A stretch of 20,000 nt of DNA from an uncultured virus (IMG/VR IMGVR_UViG_3300025470_001263) (lineage: Duplodnaviria; Heunggongvirae; Uroviricota; Caudoviricetes). This document shows, piece after piece, positions 1 through 7,657 of the stretch (the first letter of the stretch is position 1; each line of letters begins with the position of its first letter). Both the position numbers and the translations under genes were made by a program. The DNA lies in the IMG/VR virus record IMGVR_UViG_3300025470_001263; one strand, 5' to 3'. Under the pieces are notes generated by a model. The model had not been told where the DNA came from, made no database searches, and saw only the letters and a program-made list of their open reading frames with translations.

Positions 1-280
1 CATTTCTTGATGCTACTCTTTTTTCTATGTGTAATGGTGGTTGCACGGGTTCATCTTCAGTAGTTGGTATTATAACTTGGTTATTTTCCAAATCATAAAC
101 CACTGAATTAGGATTTGTTTCATCCTTCTCGACGTGTATTTCAACAGGTTGGGATGGAGTTGGTTCCGGTGTATCGTAAATAATCCTTGGTTTTCCGTAT
201 TTGTAATATAACGGAAGGTTTATTGCATTATAAGGTGAAATTGTTGAACCCAATGTTGGAGTTGGGGGTTCTTCTAAAGA
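1..280 (-). CDS. Start-less -1-frame extension of the 274..1719 membrane protein (Pro/Glu/Thr-rich, runs off window edge)
   Basis: Manual translation from 280 gives 93 stop-free codons (SLEEPPTPTLGSTISPYNAINLPLYYKYGKPRIIYDTPEPTPSQPVEIHVEKDETNPNSVVYDLENNQVIIPTTEDEPVQPPLHIEKRVASRN). There is no ATG, and an in-frame TGA lies just upstream of the A10 run at 281-290. Composition resembles the acidic tail of the upstream ORF. Confidence 0.65.
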
Positions 281-1719
281 TTTTTTTTTTCGTTGTCCTC
301 TTCAGGTACAACGTCTAATGTCGTTGGTTCGTTACTAAATGTTTCCGTTTCAACATCGTTTAAAACTTGTAACATATCATTGGGAAGTTGCCCTTCTTCA
401 AATGTTAATTCAGGTTCATTGTCTACTGATTCATCAATTGGAATGATTAATTCTTCGTTTTCTTGGTAAATATTTTCGATATTTGTTTCAATAGTAGAAA
501 AATTTTGTTCTTCTTCATCTATTGATGGTTCAATAGTAGAAACTTCTTCATCAATCATCGGATTATCAAATGGTTCATCATATAAACCCATATCCTGATT
601 ATTTTGTATCATTTCACCAATCGGGTCTCTATATGTTTCTTTAATAACTTTATAATCGTTATCAAGTCCACCTTTTTCTCTTGGTCCACTATTTGCTAGT
701 GCACCTGTCGGTTCATCTTCAGGAAGTACAGGACCGTGTAATGCTTCTCTTTGAGCCTCATATTTTTGCATTCTTTCCCAAACTTCATCGGGAAGATTTG
801 ACCAAGGTTTTTGATTCACTTCTTCTTCATACTTCTTAGCACCTTCTTTCAATGCTTCGTTTGGTTCGACTGGTGTTTTAGAAAATATATATTTTTCTAA
901 AATTTCTAAATCATTTTTACTTAGAATAAGTGGAACTTCATCTGTATCAATAGTATCTTTAATTGGTTTATTTTCATTTCCAGTTGGTTTACCATCCAAT
1001 ACCAATTGATTGAATGCAATTACTAAAGCAATTGCCAATGGATCGAAAACAATTACTATTAATATTATGAAAAATTTAACTACGGAATTCAACGGTACGT
1101 TAAAAGCTTGCGCAACAAATCTGAATCCTCCAACTTCTTTTTCCAAGTTAATATTATTATTTTTAATTTCGTTGATATGGCCATTATAAACAACATTTGA
1201 ATCTTGTAACGAACTTATTTTATCTGATATAAGTTTTGTTTGTTTATCACGATTATCGATAGATTTTAATAAACGATTGTTAACTTTATTATCTAATAAT
1301 TTACCTTGGTTTTGTTGTAAATTAGTTAATTGTGTTGTTAAGTTAGTAATTTGAGAAGTGTTGGAAGTAATTTTATTATTCCAAACATCAATTTCTCTTT
1401 GTACTTGTTCTAATTTAATATTTTGTTGTTGGAAAGCATTTGATAGGTAACCAAATATACCTGCAGACGTAATTGTCATTAGGATAACGACAGAAATTGT
1501 TAGGTACCATTTATTAATACCTTGTATCTCAGACCATTTTTGTTTGAGGTATGTTGCGGTAACTAATTTAGCAAATTCTAAAGAACCAGCCATAACCATA
1601 ACGGCAATTGCTGCTCCGCTAAATAATACCGCTAAACCTGTTACTGAAAAATATGCTGCGCTACCAGCAATCATAAAAGCAGCAATAGCTATCAAATATT
1701 TTAACCAATCATTTCTCAT
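274..1719 (-). CDS. Phage membrane protein: 3 N-terminal TM helices, coiled coil, fourth TM (FDPLA motif), acidic low-complexity tail
   Basis: Hydrophobic stretches at about aa 8-50 and 72-92, an N/Q-rich heptad region, and FFIILIVIVFDPLAIALVIAF. A TATTTAT motif lies 5 nt upstream of the ATG. Confidence 0.8.
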   Translation of the reverse strand: MRNDWLKYLIAIAAFMIAGSAAYFSVTGLAVLFSGAAIAVMVMAGSLEFAKLVTATYLKQKWSEIQGINKWYLTISVVILMTITSAGIFGYLSNAFQQQNIKLEQVQREIDVWNNKITSNTSQITNLTTQLTNLQQNQGKLLDNKVNNRLLKSIDNRDKQTKLISDKISSLQDSNVVYNGHINEIKNNNINLEKEVGGFRFVAQAFNVPLNSVVKFFIILIVIVFDPLAIALVIAFNQLVLDGKPTGNENKPIKDTIDTDEVPLILSKNDLEILEKYIFSKTPVEPNEALKEGAKKYEEEVNQKPWSNLPDEVWERMQKYEAQREALHGPVLPEDEPTGALANSGPREKGGLDNDYKVIKETYRDPIGEMIQNNQDMGLYDEPFDNPMIDEEVSTIEPSIDEEEQNFSTIETNIENIYQENEELIIPIDESVDNEPELTFEEGQLPNDMLQVLNDVETETFSNEPTTLDVVPEEDNEKKNL

Positions 1720-1722
1720 GTA

Positions 1723-2538
1723 TTATAAATATTTTAATAACTCATAACTCTCATTTCTGAGTTTTTTTATTGCTTTATCTCTCAATTGTCTAATTCTTTC
1801 TTTAGTACAACCAAACTCTTCACCCAAATCTTCTAAATTAGACTCGATACCATTCAAACCATAATATTTTTCAATAATCACTTTTTCTCTTTCATCAAGG
1901 TTTGCTAATAATTGAGAAACTTTCTTTTTTATTTCTTCAGGAGAATTAATAATGTCTTCAGGAGTTTCGCAATTGTTGTTAGGTATGATATCAATTAATT
2001 GATCACCATCCTCATTAATATCGTTATATAAACCAACACAATATGGATATGAGCTATTTTCACTTTCGTTAGCTAATAGACCTGAAATCAACAAATAATT
2101 TTCGTCATTTAGTTCATCCTTCCTTTGTTTTTGTGCATCTTGAATAATATTCGATGGGAGCCTGATAGTTCTTGAATTATCATTCAAAGAAGAAAATATT
2201 GTTTGTCTAACCCAATGAACTGCATATGAAATAAATTTAACTCCACTAGTAGGGTCGAATCTTTCAGCTGCTTTAATCAAACCTAAATTACCTTCCGAAA
2301 TCACATCTAACAAATCCATACCTTGGTTTTGATACATTTTAGCAACAGAAATAACAAACCTTAAATTACCTAAGATTAATTCATTATGTAATTTTTGTTT
2401 GGTTTCTTTGTCTAAATTCTTATTTGTTAAAATTTCAAAAATTTCTTCTTGTCTTTCGTGAGAGATTACAGGAATTTTGCGAATATCTTTTACATATTGT
2501 GCAATTTCCTCTGCGTTTAAAATTGTTGATTTTTTCAT
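1723..2538 (-). CDS. Sigma70-family RNA polymerase sigma factor (Bacteroidota RpoD-like, no region 1.1)
   Basis: Region 1.2 YVKDIRKIPVIS; region 2 NLRFVISVAKMYQNQGMDLLDVISEGNLGLIKAAERFD...FISYAVHWVRQ; region 4 LEDLGEEFGCTKERIRQLRDKAIKKLR. The ATG at 2538 is preferred over the track start at 2589. Confidence 0.93.
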   Translation of the reverse strand: MKKSTILNAEEIAQYVKDIRKIPVISHERQEEIFEILTNKNLDKETKQKLHNELILGNLRFVISVAKMYQNQGMDLLDVISEGNLGLIKAAERFDPTSGVKFISYAVHWVRQTIFSSLNDNSRTIRLPSNIIQDAQKQRKDELNDENYLLISGLLANESENSSYPYCVGLYNDINEDGDQLIDIIPNNNCETPEDIINSPEEIKKKVSQLLANLDEREKVIIEKYYGLNGIESNLEDLGEEFGCTKERIRQLRDKAIKKLRNESYELLKYL

Positions 2539-2585
2539 TGGTAGTATGTGCGGTTGGTTTGTGTTATAAAAATACTGAAAAAAAA

Positions 2586-3026
2586 TCAATTTTCAAAATT
2601 ATCTAAGAAGTTTTTTTCTTCGGGAGTTAAACTTTCTACCCCCATTTTTTCTATCTTATCCAATAGTTGATCCAAATCCATTGATTCAGGTTTATGAAAA
2701 TCCAATAACATCATTGTACTTTCCGAAAAAGGTTTGAATATAAAATCTTTAACATCTTTGGGAAGATGTGCTATGACAATGCTGTCTCTTTCAAATATGA
2801 AATAAAACTTAATATTTTCATTTCTTAATGCCTCATTCAATTCATCTGATAGAGTTACATCATCTAAATCTGAATCAAATATTATAATAATATTGTTATT
2901 GTTGGTCTCAATAACATACTTCAATGAGTTTATTGTTGGATTCATACCGAAAACTTCGGTGCAAAAAAATTCAACATCTTCGTGATCATCGAAGTCTGCA
3001 AATAAAAACAAAATAAAAGTCTTCAT
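2586..3026 (-). CDS. Hypothetical protein with C-terminal DUF6576-like motif
   Basis: The C-terminus LDQLLDKIEKMGVESLTPEEKNFL resembles the LDKI..G..SLT.EEK..L motif found in Bacteroidota proteins (recalled, not searched). Confidence 0.65.
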   Translation of the reverse strand: MKTFILFLFADFDDHEDVEFFCTEVFGMNPTINSLKYVIETNNNNIIIIFDSDLDDVTLSDELNEALRNENIKFYFIFERDSIVIAHLPKDVKDFIFKPFSESTMMLLDFHKPESMDLDQLLDKIEKMGVESLTPEEKNFLDNFEN

Positions 3027-3686
3027 TTATTTATGTAATTGTATCTTCCAATAAATGCCACCATTAATGTATGGGGACAATGTACCTGTCGTTCCGTTTG
3101 AGCCATTAACACTATTAGATATACCTAATCCTACTTGATATATTTTATCAGTTTTTGTTTTAACTAATAAGCCTGTTCCTAAGTTAGCTACAACATCCTT
3201 TTTGTTGAACCCACCATTGAATCCCCAAAAAACTTGTGTTTTTGGTAATTCTTTAACGATTGTAAGCTCTTTAATTGTGATTTTGTTAACGTTACTTTTC
3301 CAAGTTCTTGATAAAATATTGTTCTTTTGAATAGTATCCGTTACTGTAACATAACCTAAAGAATCTTTTAATTTCAAGGTATCTTTATAGACATTTTTGG
3401 CGAAGAAATCTTTTAGAATTGATAGAGTGTCAATTGGTTTATCTGTGGGAATAGGGACATAAATTGTGGTATCGTGGTATATATCTTTACCTTTTTTAGT
3501 TACGGTTTGAGTTACCGGAACGTATTGAGTATCAATGGTATGTTTAAGTAATTCATACTTTTTACCATCAATCTTTATTGTTTCACCTTGTTGAGTCTTT
3601 TTATGTCCACAAAACTGAAACACCACAACCCCAATAAGTATTAAAACCGCGATAGTTTTTATATCTAATTTAAATAAATTCTTCAT
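3027..3686 (-). CDS. Membrane-anchored or lipoprotein-like phage protein with C-terminal amphipathic beta-strands
   Basis: N-terminal hydrophobic helix followed by Cys26; several DT-containing segments; C-terminal Gly/aromatic strands ending PYINGGIYWKIQLHK. TATTTAT lies upstream. Confidence 0.7.
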   Translation of the reverse strand: MKNLFKLDIKTIAVLILIGVVVFQFCGHKKTQQGETIKIDGKKYELLKHTIDTQYVPVTQTVTKKGKDIYHDTTIYVPIPTDKPIDTLSILKDFFAKNVYKDTLKLKDSLGYVTVTDTIQKNNILSRTWKSNVNKITIKELTIVKELPKTQVFWGFNGGFNKKDVVANLGTGLLVKTKTDKIYQVGLGISNSVNGSNGTTGTLSPYINGGIYWKIQLHK

Positions 3687-3733
3687 ATTGTCTTTTTTTA
3701 TAAATATGAAGAATTTATCTTTATTCCCTATGA

Positions 3734-4405
3734 TTACTTTTTCTTAACAATCTCGTCGATAATACCATAAGTTAATGCATCGTTAGCGTCTAACCATAAA
3801 TCACGACTAGCATCGGCTTTAACTTGTTCAGGGTCTTTACCGCAGTAACTCCCTAAAAGATCAAATAAAATATTATTGACTTTCTCCCATTCTTTGAAAG
3901 TTATTCTTGCATCTTGGATATTACCACCTGCACCACCTGAGGATTGGTGTAACATCGTTGTAGAGAACCTTAAAGCTCCTCTTTTACCTTTGGTACCTGC
4001 TCCAAGTAAAACTGACCCCATAGAAGCGGCCATCCCCGTATTAATGGTTCTAATATCGGAACTAATATACTCCATAACGTCTACCATCGATAAACCTGAT
4101 TTTACAGACCCACCAGGACTATCAATATGCATTGTGATGTCATTATTGTCGATACTATCCAAAAACATTAATTGAGCTTGAGTAACAACTGACATGTTAT
4201 CGTTTACTTCACCGGCCACCCAAATGATACGTTCCATCATCAAACGTGAGAAAACATCCATCTGCGTAACATTCAATTGTCTCTCTTCAAGAACATATGG
4301 TGTTAAACTGTTAGATACTTTTTGATTATAATAATGTAAGTTCATTGAACTTATACCGCGGTCTTTAGCGTATAGACCAAAACTTTTCAATTCTGATGGG
4401 TTCAT
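3734..4405 (-). CDS. clpP: ATP-dependent Clp protease proteolytic subunit
   Basis: LTPYVLEER..MDVFSRLMMERII, SPGGSV, catalytic Ser in MAASMG, His in MLHQ, Asp in RDLW, and YGIIDEI. Confidence 0.96.
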   Translation of the reverse strand: MNPSELKSFGLYAKDRGISSMNLHYYNQKVSNSLTPYVLEERQLNVTQMDVFSRLMMERIIWVAGEVNDNMSVVTQAQLMFLDSIDNNDITMHIDSPGGSVKSGLSMVDVMEYISSDIRTINTGMAASMGSVLLGAGTKGKRGALRFSTTMLHQSSGGAGGNIQDARITFKEWEKVNNILFDLLGSYCGKDPEQVKADASRDLWLDANDALTYGIIDEIVKKK

Positions 4406-4428
4406 AATTTGTGTTTTTATATGAGGAA

Positions 4429-4436
4429 CAAAGATA
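4429..4436 (-). promoter_or_regulatory. Bacteroidota housekeeping promoter -7 box (TAnnTTTG) upstream of clpP
   Basis: Minus-strand TATCTTTG in the 47-nt intergenic gap, 23 nt before the clpP ATG. No clear TTTG -33 box. Confidence 0.55.
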
Positions 4437-4452
4437 TGTAACTAAATTTAAA

Positions 4453-6792
4453 TTAAGAAATTTTTGTTGTAATAAAATCTATCGAAGAAATATTATCCTC
4501 TTTTTTTATCATTATAAGATTATCAGACCAGTTACGTATTAAAGGATTATGTGATATGACAAAAATGTGTTCAAAATAATTTTTAATTTTCTTAAAGAAC
4601 TCACCAACCAACTCAAGATTTTCATCGGCAACTTTACCAAATACTTCATCCATAACCACTATATTAGGTTTAGGTAATGATGAAATTTTTGTTAGTACAC
4701 TTCTAATCGCTAATGATGCTATTGTTCTTTCATAACCTGATCCTGAATTCAATGGTTTAACGATTCTTGATTCAGTATCAATCATTATAAATTCAACTTC
4801 ATTTTTATCATTGATATTCATCTCTAAAATAAAATAACAACTATCAATCAAAAGTCTATACAACTCCTCATTCAATAATGGAATCATATTTTTCAAAATA
4901 ACTTTAGAGATACCATTCTTACCATAGATTGTTAAATAAACTTTGAATACGTTTGATAACTCTTCTTCAGCTTTAATTTTTTTAATTAAATCCTCATTAG
5001 TGGCTATCTTATTGGTCATAAGACTAATGTTACTTCTATGTCGCTCTATATTTGTATTGTTTTGTTTTATATCAGCATTAGCTGTTTCAATTTGTGTCCT
5101 AATCCTAATAACGTCAGCATCTATCTTTTGATTTTCTTCAAGTTTCTTTTTATTATTTTCATAATTATTTAAACGCGTTTGTTTAGCATCAATATCTAAT
5201 TGTTTTTGACCAACCTCTAATTCATATCGCGCTTTTATAAGTTTATTTCTTTCATATGTTTCATATTCAGATTTCAGATTAATAAAAGCAGTTAAAGCTT
5301 TGTTTTTTTCTGTGATGTTTTTATTCAATTCATCTACTTGAGCTTGTAAATCTTTAATTTGATTTTTAATAGCTTCAATTTCATCAGAATGGTCAACCTC
5401 ATCTAAAGACCTATTACAAGTTGGACAAATAGATCCAGTTTCTAATTGAGTAATTAATTTTTGATTTTTTGAAATATCATTTTGAATAATTCTCAAATCC
5501 GATTTCAAATTATTGATTGTTGAATTCAATTCTTGATGTGTATCTTCATCATAAAACTCCGATGGTTCCGTAACATTTACATTATCAGCCAAGGCTTGGC
5601 TTTTCTTTTGTTCGGTTTTTAAAGTGTCTATCTCTCTTTGTAATAAAGTTGGATTTGTATTTATTAGATTTTTATCAATGTCGTTGTTTCTTGAACTAAG
5701 AATTAAATCTTTTTCGTTTTCTAATCTCTCTAATCTGGCTTCAGCATCAGTCAATGCTGTAGTTAAAATTTCAATTTGAGTTGTTGAGTTATCAATGCTT
5801 TGTGCAAAACTATCATTATCAATTCCAAGTTGAGTAAGGTTATATGTGTTTGAAACTAATTTCCTATTCCAATCATTGAATATTTCTTTTGCGCGTTCTT
5901 CTTTAATTTTGAGACTCTCCAATCCTAAAAATTTAGTTAAGATTTGTCCACGAGCAGTTGGTTTAGATTCGATTAATTCTTCTAAATTATAACCAGTAGT
6001 TAAAATGGTTGATAAAAAATCTTCTTCAGTACCGATAGCTGATTCAATAAAAGTTTCAGTTTCTCTTCTTTGTTCACCAGTTAAATTTTCTACTGTACCG
6101 TCTTCTTTTATTTTGGAGAATTCTAATTTTGTAGTAACATTATGTTCACCCAATTTAGTTTTCTTTCTTATAGATTTTCTTTCTATAATATAGTCGTGTC
6201 CGTCAATATTAACTTCACCTCTTACTTTAACTTCATCAACATCCGTGAATTTATTAAAAATTTCAGCGTTTGTTTTTGTTTTAGTAGTGATATTGAAAAA
6301 TAAAAACATTAATAAATCAACTGATGAGGTAGATTTACCACCAAAGTTTTTAGGTGTAGATTCTATTACAGTAATGCCATCAAGACTTGTAAAATCAATA
6401 ACATTATTATTACCAAATGATAAAAAATTGGAGAATTCAATTTTCTTAATAAACCATTTATTATATCTAATTTTATTTTCATTTAATTTATCTATTTCTG
6501 AATTAACTCGGTTATCTAATCTATCAACCAATTCCCATTTAATATTAATATTATTTTCTTTGATGAAGTCCTTCATCAATGTTTTTTGGTATTGACTATC
6601 TAAAATATTATCAGTGGCTTCTAACGAATTTAACTTTGTATTCTTGATATTGGTTAAAACCTTAGTAACTATCTGTACGTTCTTAGCGTTATATTTTTGT
6701 TGGAAATATGTCTTAACTCTTCTAATTTTCTCCGAGGTGAAGTTCTCCGGCACATCTTCCCAAGTCACTTTTATCGATGGATTTTTTGACAT
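4453..6792 (-). CDS. sbcC: SbcC/Rad50/gp46-like recombination ATPase with ~110-aa N-terminal extension
   Basis: IEFSNFLSFG, Walker A NFGGKST, long coiled coil with CPTC zinc hook, signature SGSGYE, Walker B VVMDEVFG, H-loop ISHN. Confidence 0.93.
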   Translation of the reverse strand: MSKNPSIKVTWEDVPENFTSEKIRRVKTYFQQKYNAKNVQIVTKVLTNIKNTKLNSLEATDNILDSQYQKTLMKDFIKENNINIKWELVDRLDNRVNSEIDKLNENKIRYNKWFIKKIEFSNFLSFGNNNVIDFTSLDGITVIESTPKNFGGKSTSSVDLLMFLFFNITTKTKTNAEIFNKFTDVDEVKVRGEVNIDGHDYIIERKSIRKKTKLGEHNVTTKLEFSKIKEDGTVENLTGEQRRETETFIESAIGTEEDFLSTILTTGYNLEELIESKPTARGQILTKFLGLESLKIKEERAKEIFNDWNRKLVSNTYNLTQLGIDNDSFAQSIDNSTTQIEILTTALTDAEARLERLENEKDLILSSRNNDIDKNLINTNPTLLQREIDTLKTEQKKSQALADNVNVTEPSEFYDEDTHQELNSTINNLKSDLRIIQNDISKNQKLITQLETGSICPTCNRSLDEVDHSDEIEAIKNQIKDLQAQVDELNKNITEKNKALTAFINLKSEYETYERNKLIKARYELEVGQKQLDIDAKQTRLNNYENNKKKLEENQKIDADVIRIRTQIETANADIKQNNTNIERHRSNISLMTNKIATNEDLIKKIKAEEELSNVFKVYLTIYGKNGISKVILKNMIPLLNEELYRLLIDSCYFILEMNINDKNEVEFIMIDTESRIVKPLNSGSGYERTIASLAIRSVLTKISSLPKPNIVVMDEVFGKVADENLELVGEFFKKIKNYFEHIFVISHNPLIRNWSDNLIMIKKEDNISSIDFITTKIS

Positions 6793-7657
6793 TTTTTTCT
6801 TTTTTTTGTTTTCTTTTATTTTTTTCAGCTTCTCTTTCAGCTCTTTCTTTTTCTTTCTCTTGTTTTAGTCTACGTTTGTTTTCTTCAATTTCAGACTTTG
6901 TTTCTTCCAACTGAATTCTATGATTAAAGTATTCAATTTGCTGTAAAGATAGTTCAGATCCAATATATTTCAAATTTCTATTTATACAAGATAAGGCCGT
7001 TGTACCTGTTCCCATAAATGGGTCATAGACAACTGAATTGTCTTTTGCGTAAATACCCAAAAGTTTATCACATAATTCAGTAGAATAAGTGGCTTTATTG
7101 TATGGATTACTACCATCATTGTTTTTTGCAACTATAAAGTTATCGATTATTTCATAATAATTCTGACCAGTTGATGATACCGATGCGACATCTTTATTAG
7201 CTTCGAATGTTAAAATTTCGTCTTTCCTACAAATTACATAAATAAATTCAAATATTCTGTTAAGTCTATTATAAGATGCAGGATGAGGTATTGCGTGATT
7301 TTTTTTCCAAATAATTGTATCAGCAATAGTGAACGGAGTATTCTTCAAAATTTCACAAACAATTGAATAGGGTAGGGCAGGATTTTCAATAGAATAAGAA
7401 AAATTATATAAAATAACCCCATTACTTTTCAATATTTCATCGAATGAATTAAAAACGTCTACAGTCCAATTAAGATAGGTTTCTTCATCTTGCCAATCGT
7501 TATAGGAATCGTATCTAGGTTGTTTATCAGCATAACCACCTTTCCTTTTAGTCATATTGTAAGGTGGAGATGTTAAAACAATATCAATAGATTTTTTATC
7601 TATTTTAGTTTTCATAGTCACCAAACAATCCTCATTATGTATTATGTTAATATCCAT
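6722..7657 (-). CDS. Beta-class amino-methyltransferase (N6_N4_Mtase family; SPPY suggests m4C) with K/E-rich C-terminal tail
   Basis: Motif IV TSPPY is N-terminal and motif I VYDPFMGTGTT is C-terminal (beta order). TAATG overlap with the upstream nuclease; the 3' end overlaps sbcC by 71 nt. Confidence 0.92.
   Translation of the reverse strand: MDINIIHNEDCLVTMKTKIDKKSIDIVLTSPPYNMTKRKGGYADKQPRYDSYNDWQDEETYLNWTVDVFNSFDEILKSNGVILYNFSYSIENPALPYSIVCEILKNTPFTIADTIIWKKNHAIPHPASYNRLNRIFEFIYVICRKDEILTFEANKDVASVSSTGQNYYEIIDNFIVAKNNDGSNPYNKATYSTELCDKLLGIYAKDNSVVYDPFMGTGTTALSCINRNLKYIGSELSLQQIEYFNHRIQLEETKSEIEENKRRLKQEKEKERAEREAEKNKRKQKKEKNVKKSIDKSDLGRCAGELHLGEN

Noticed and set aside
220..276. TAG reassignment or read-through to explain coding-like sequence past 274
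   Set aside because: In-frame read-through hits TAA within about 18 codons, and other genes are intact under code 11. Only the -1 frame stays open.
1724..1731. TATAAATA on the + strand as a T4-type late promoter (also near 3699 and 15266)
   Set aside because: It points away from the adjacent genes and has no + strand gene downstream; better read as minus-strand TATTTAT.
6790..6810. Frameshift fusion of the MTase to SbcC at A7/A8 runs
   Set aside because: SbcC is in the +1 frame and has its own ATG there; the A-runs are explained by Lys codons and an A-rich initiation region.
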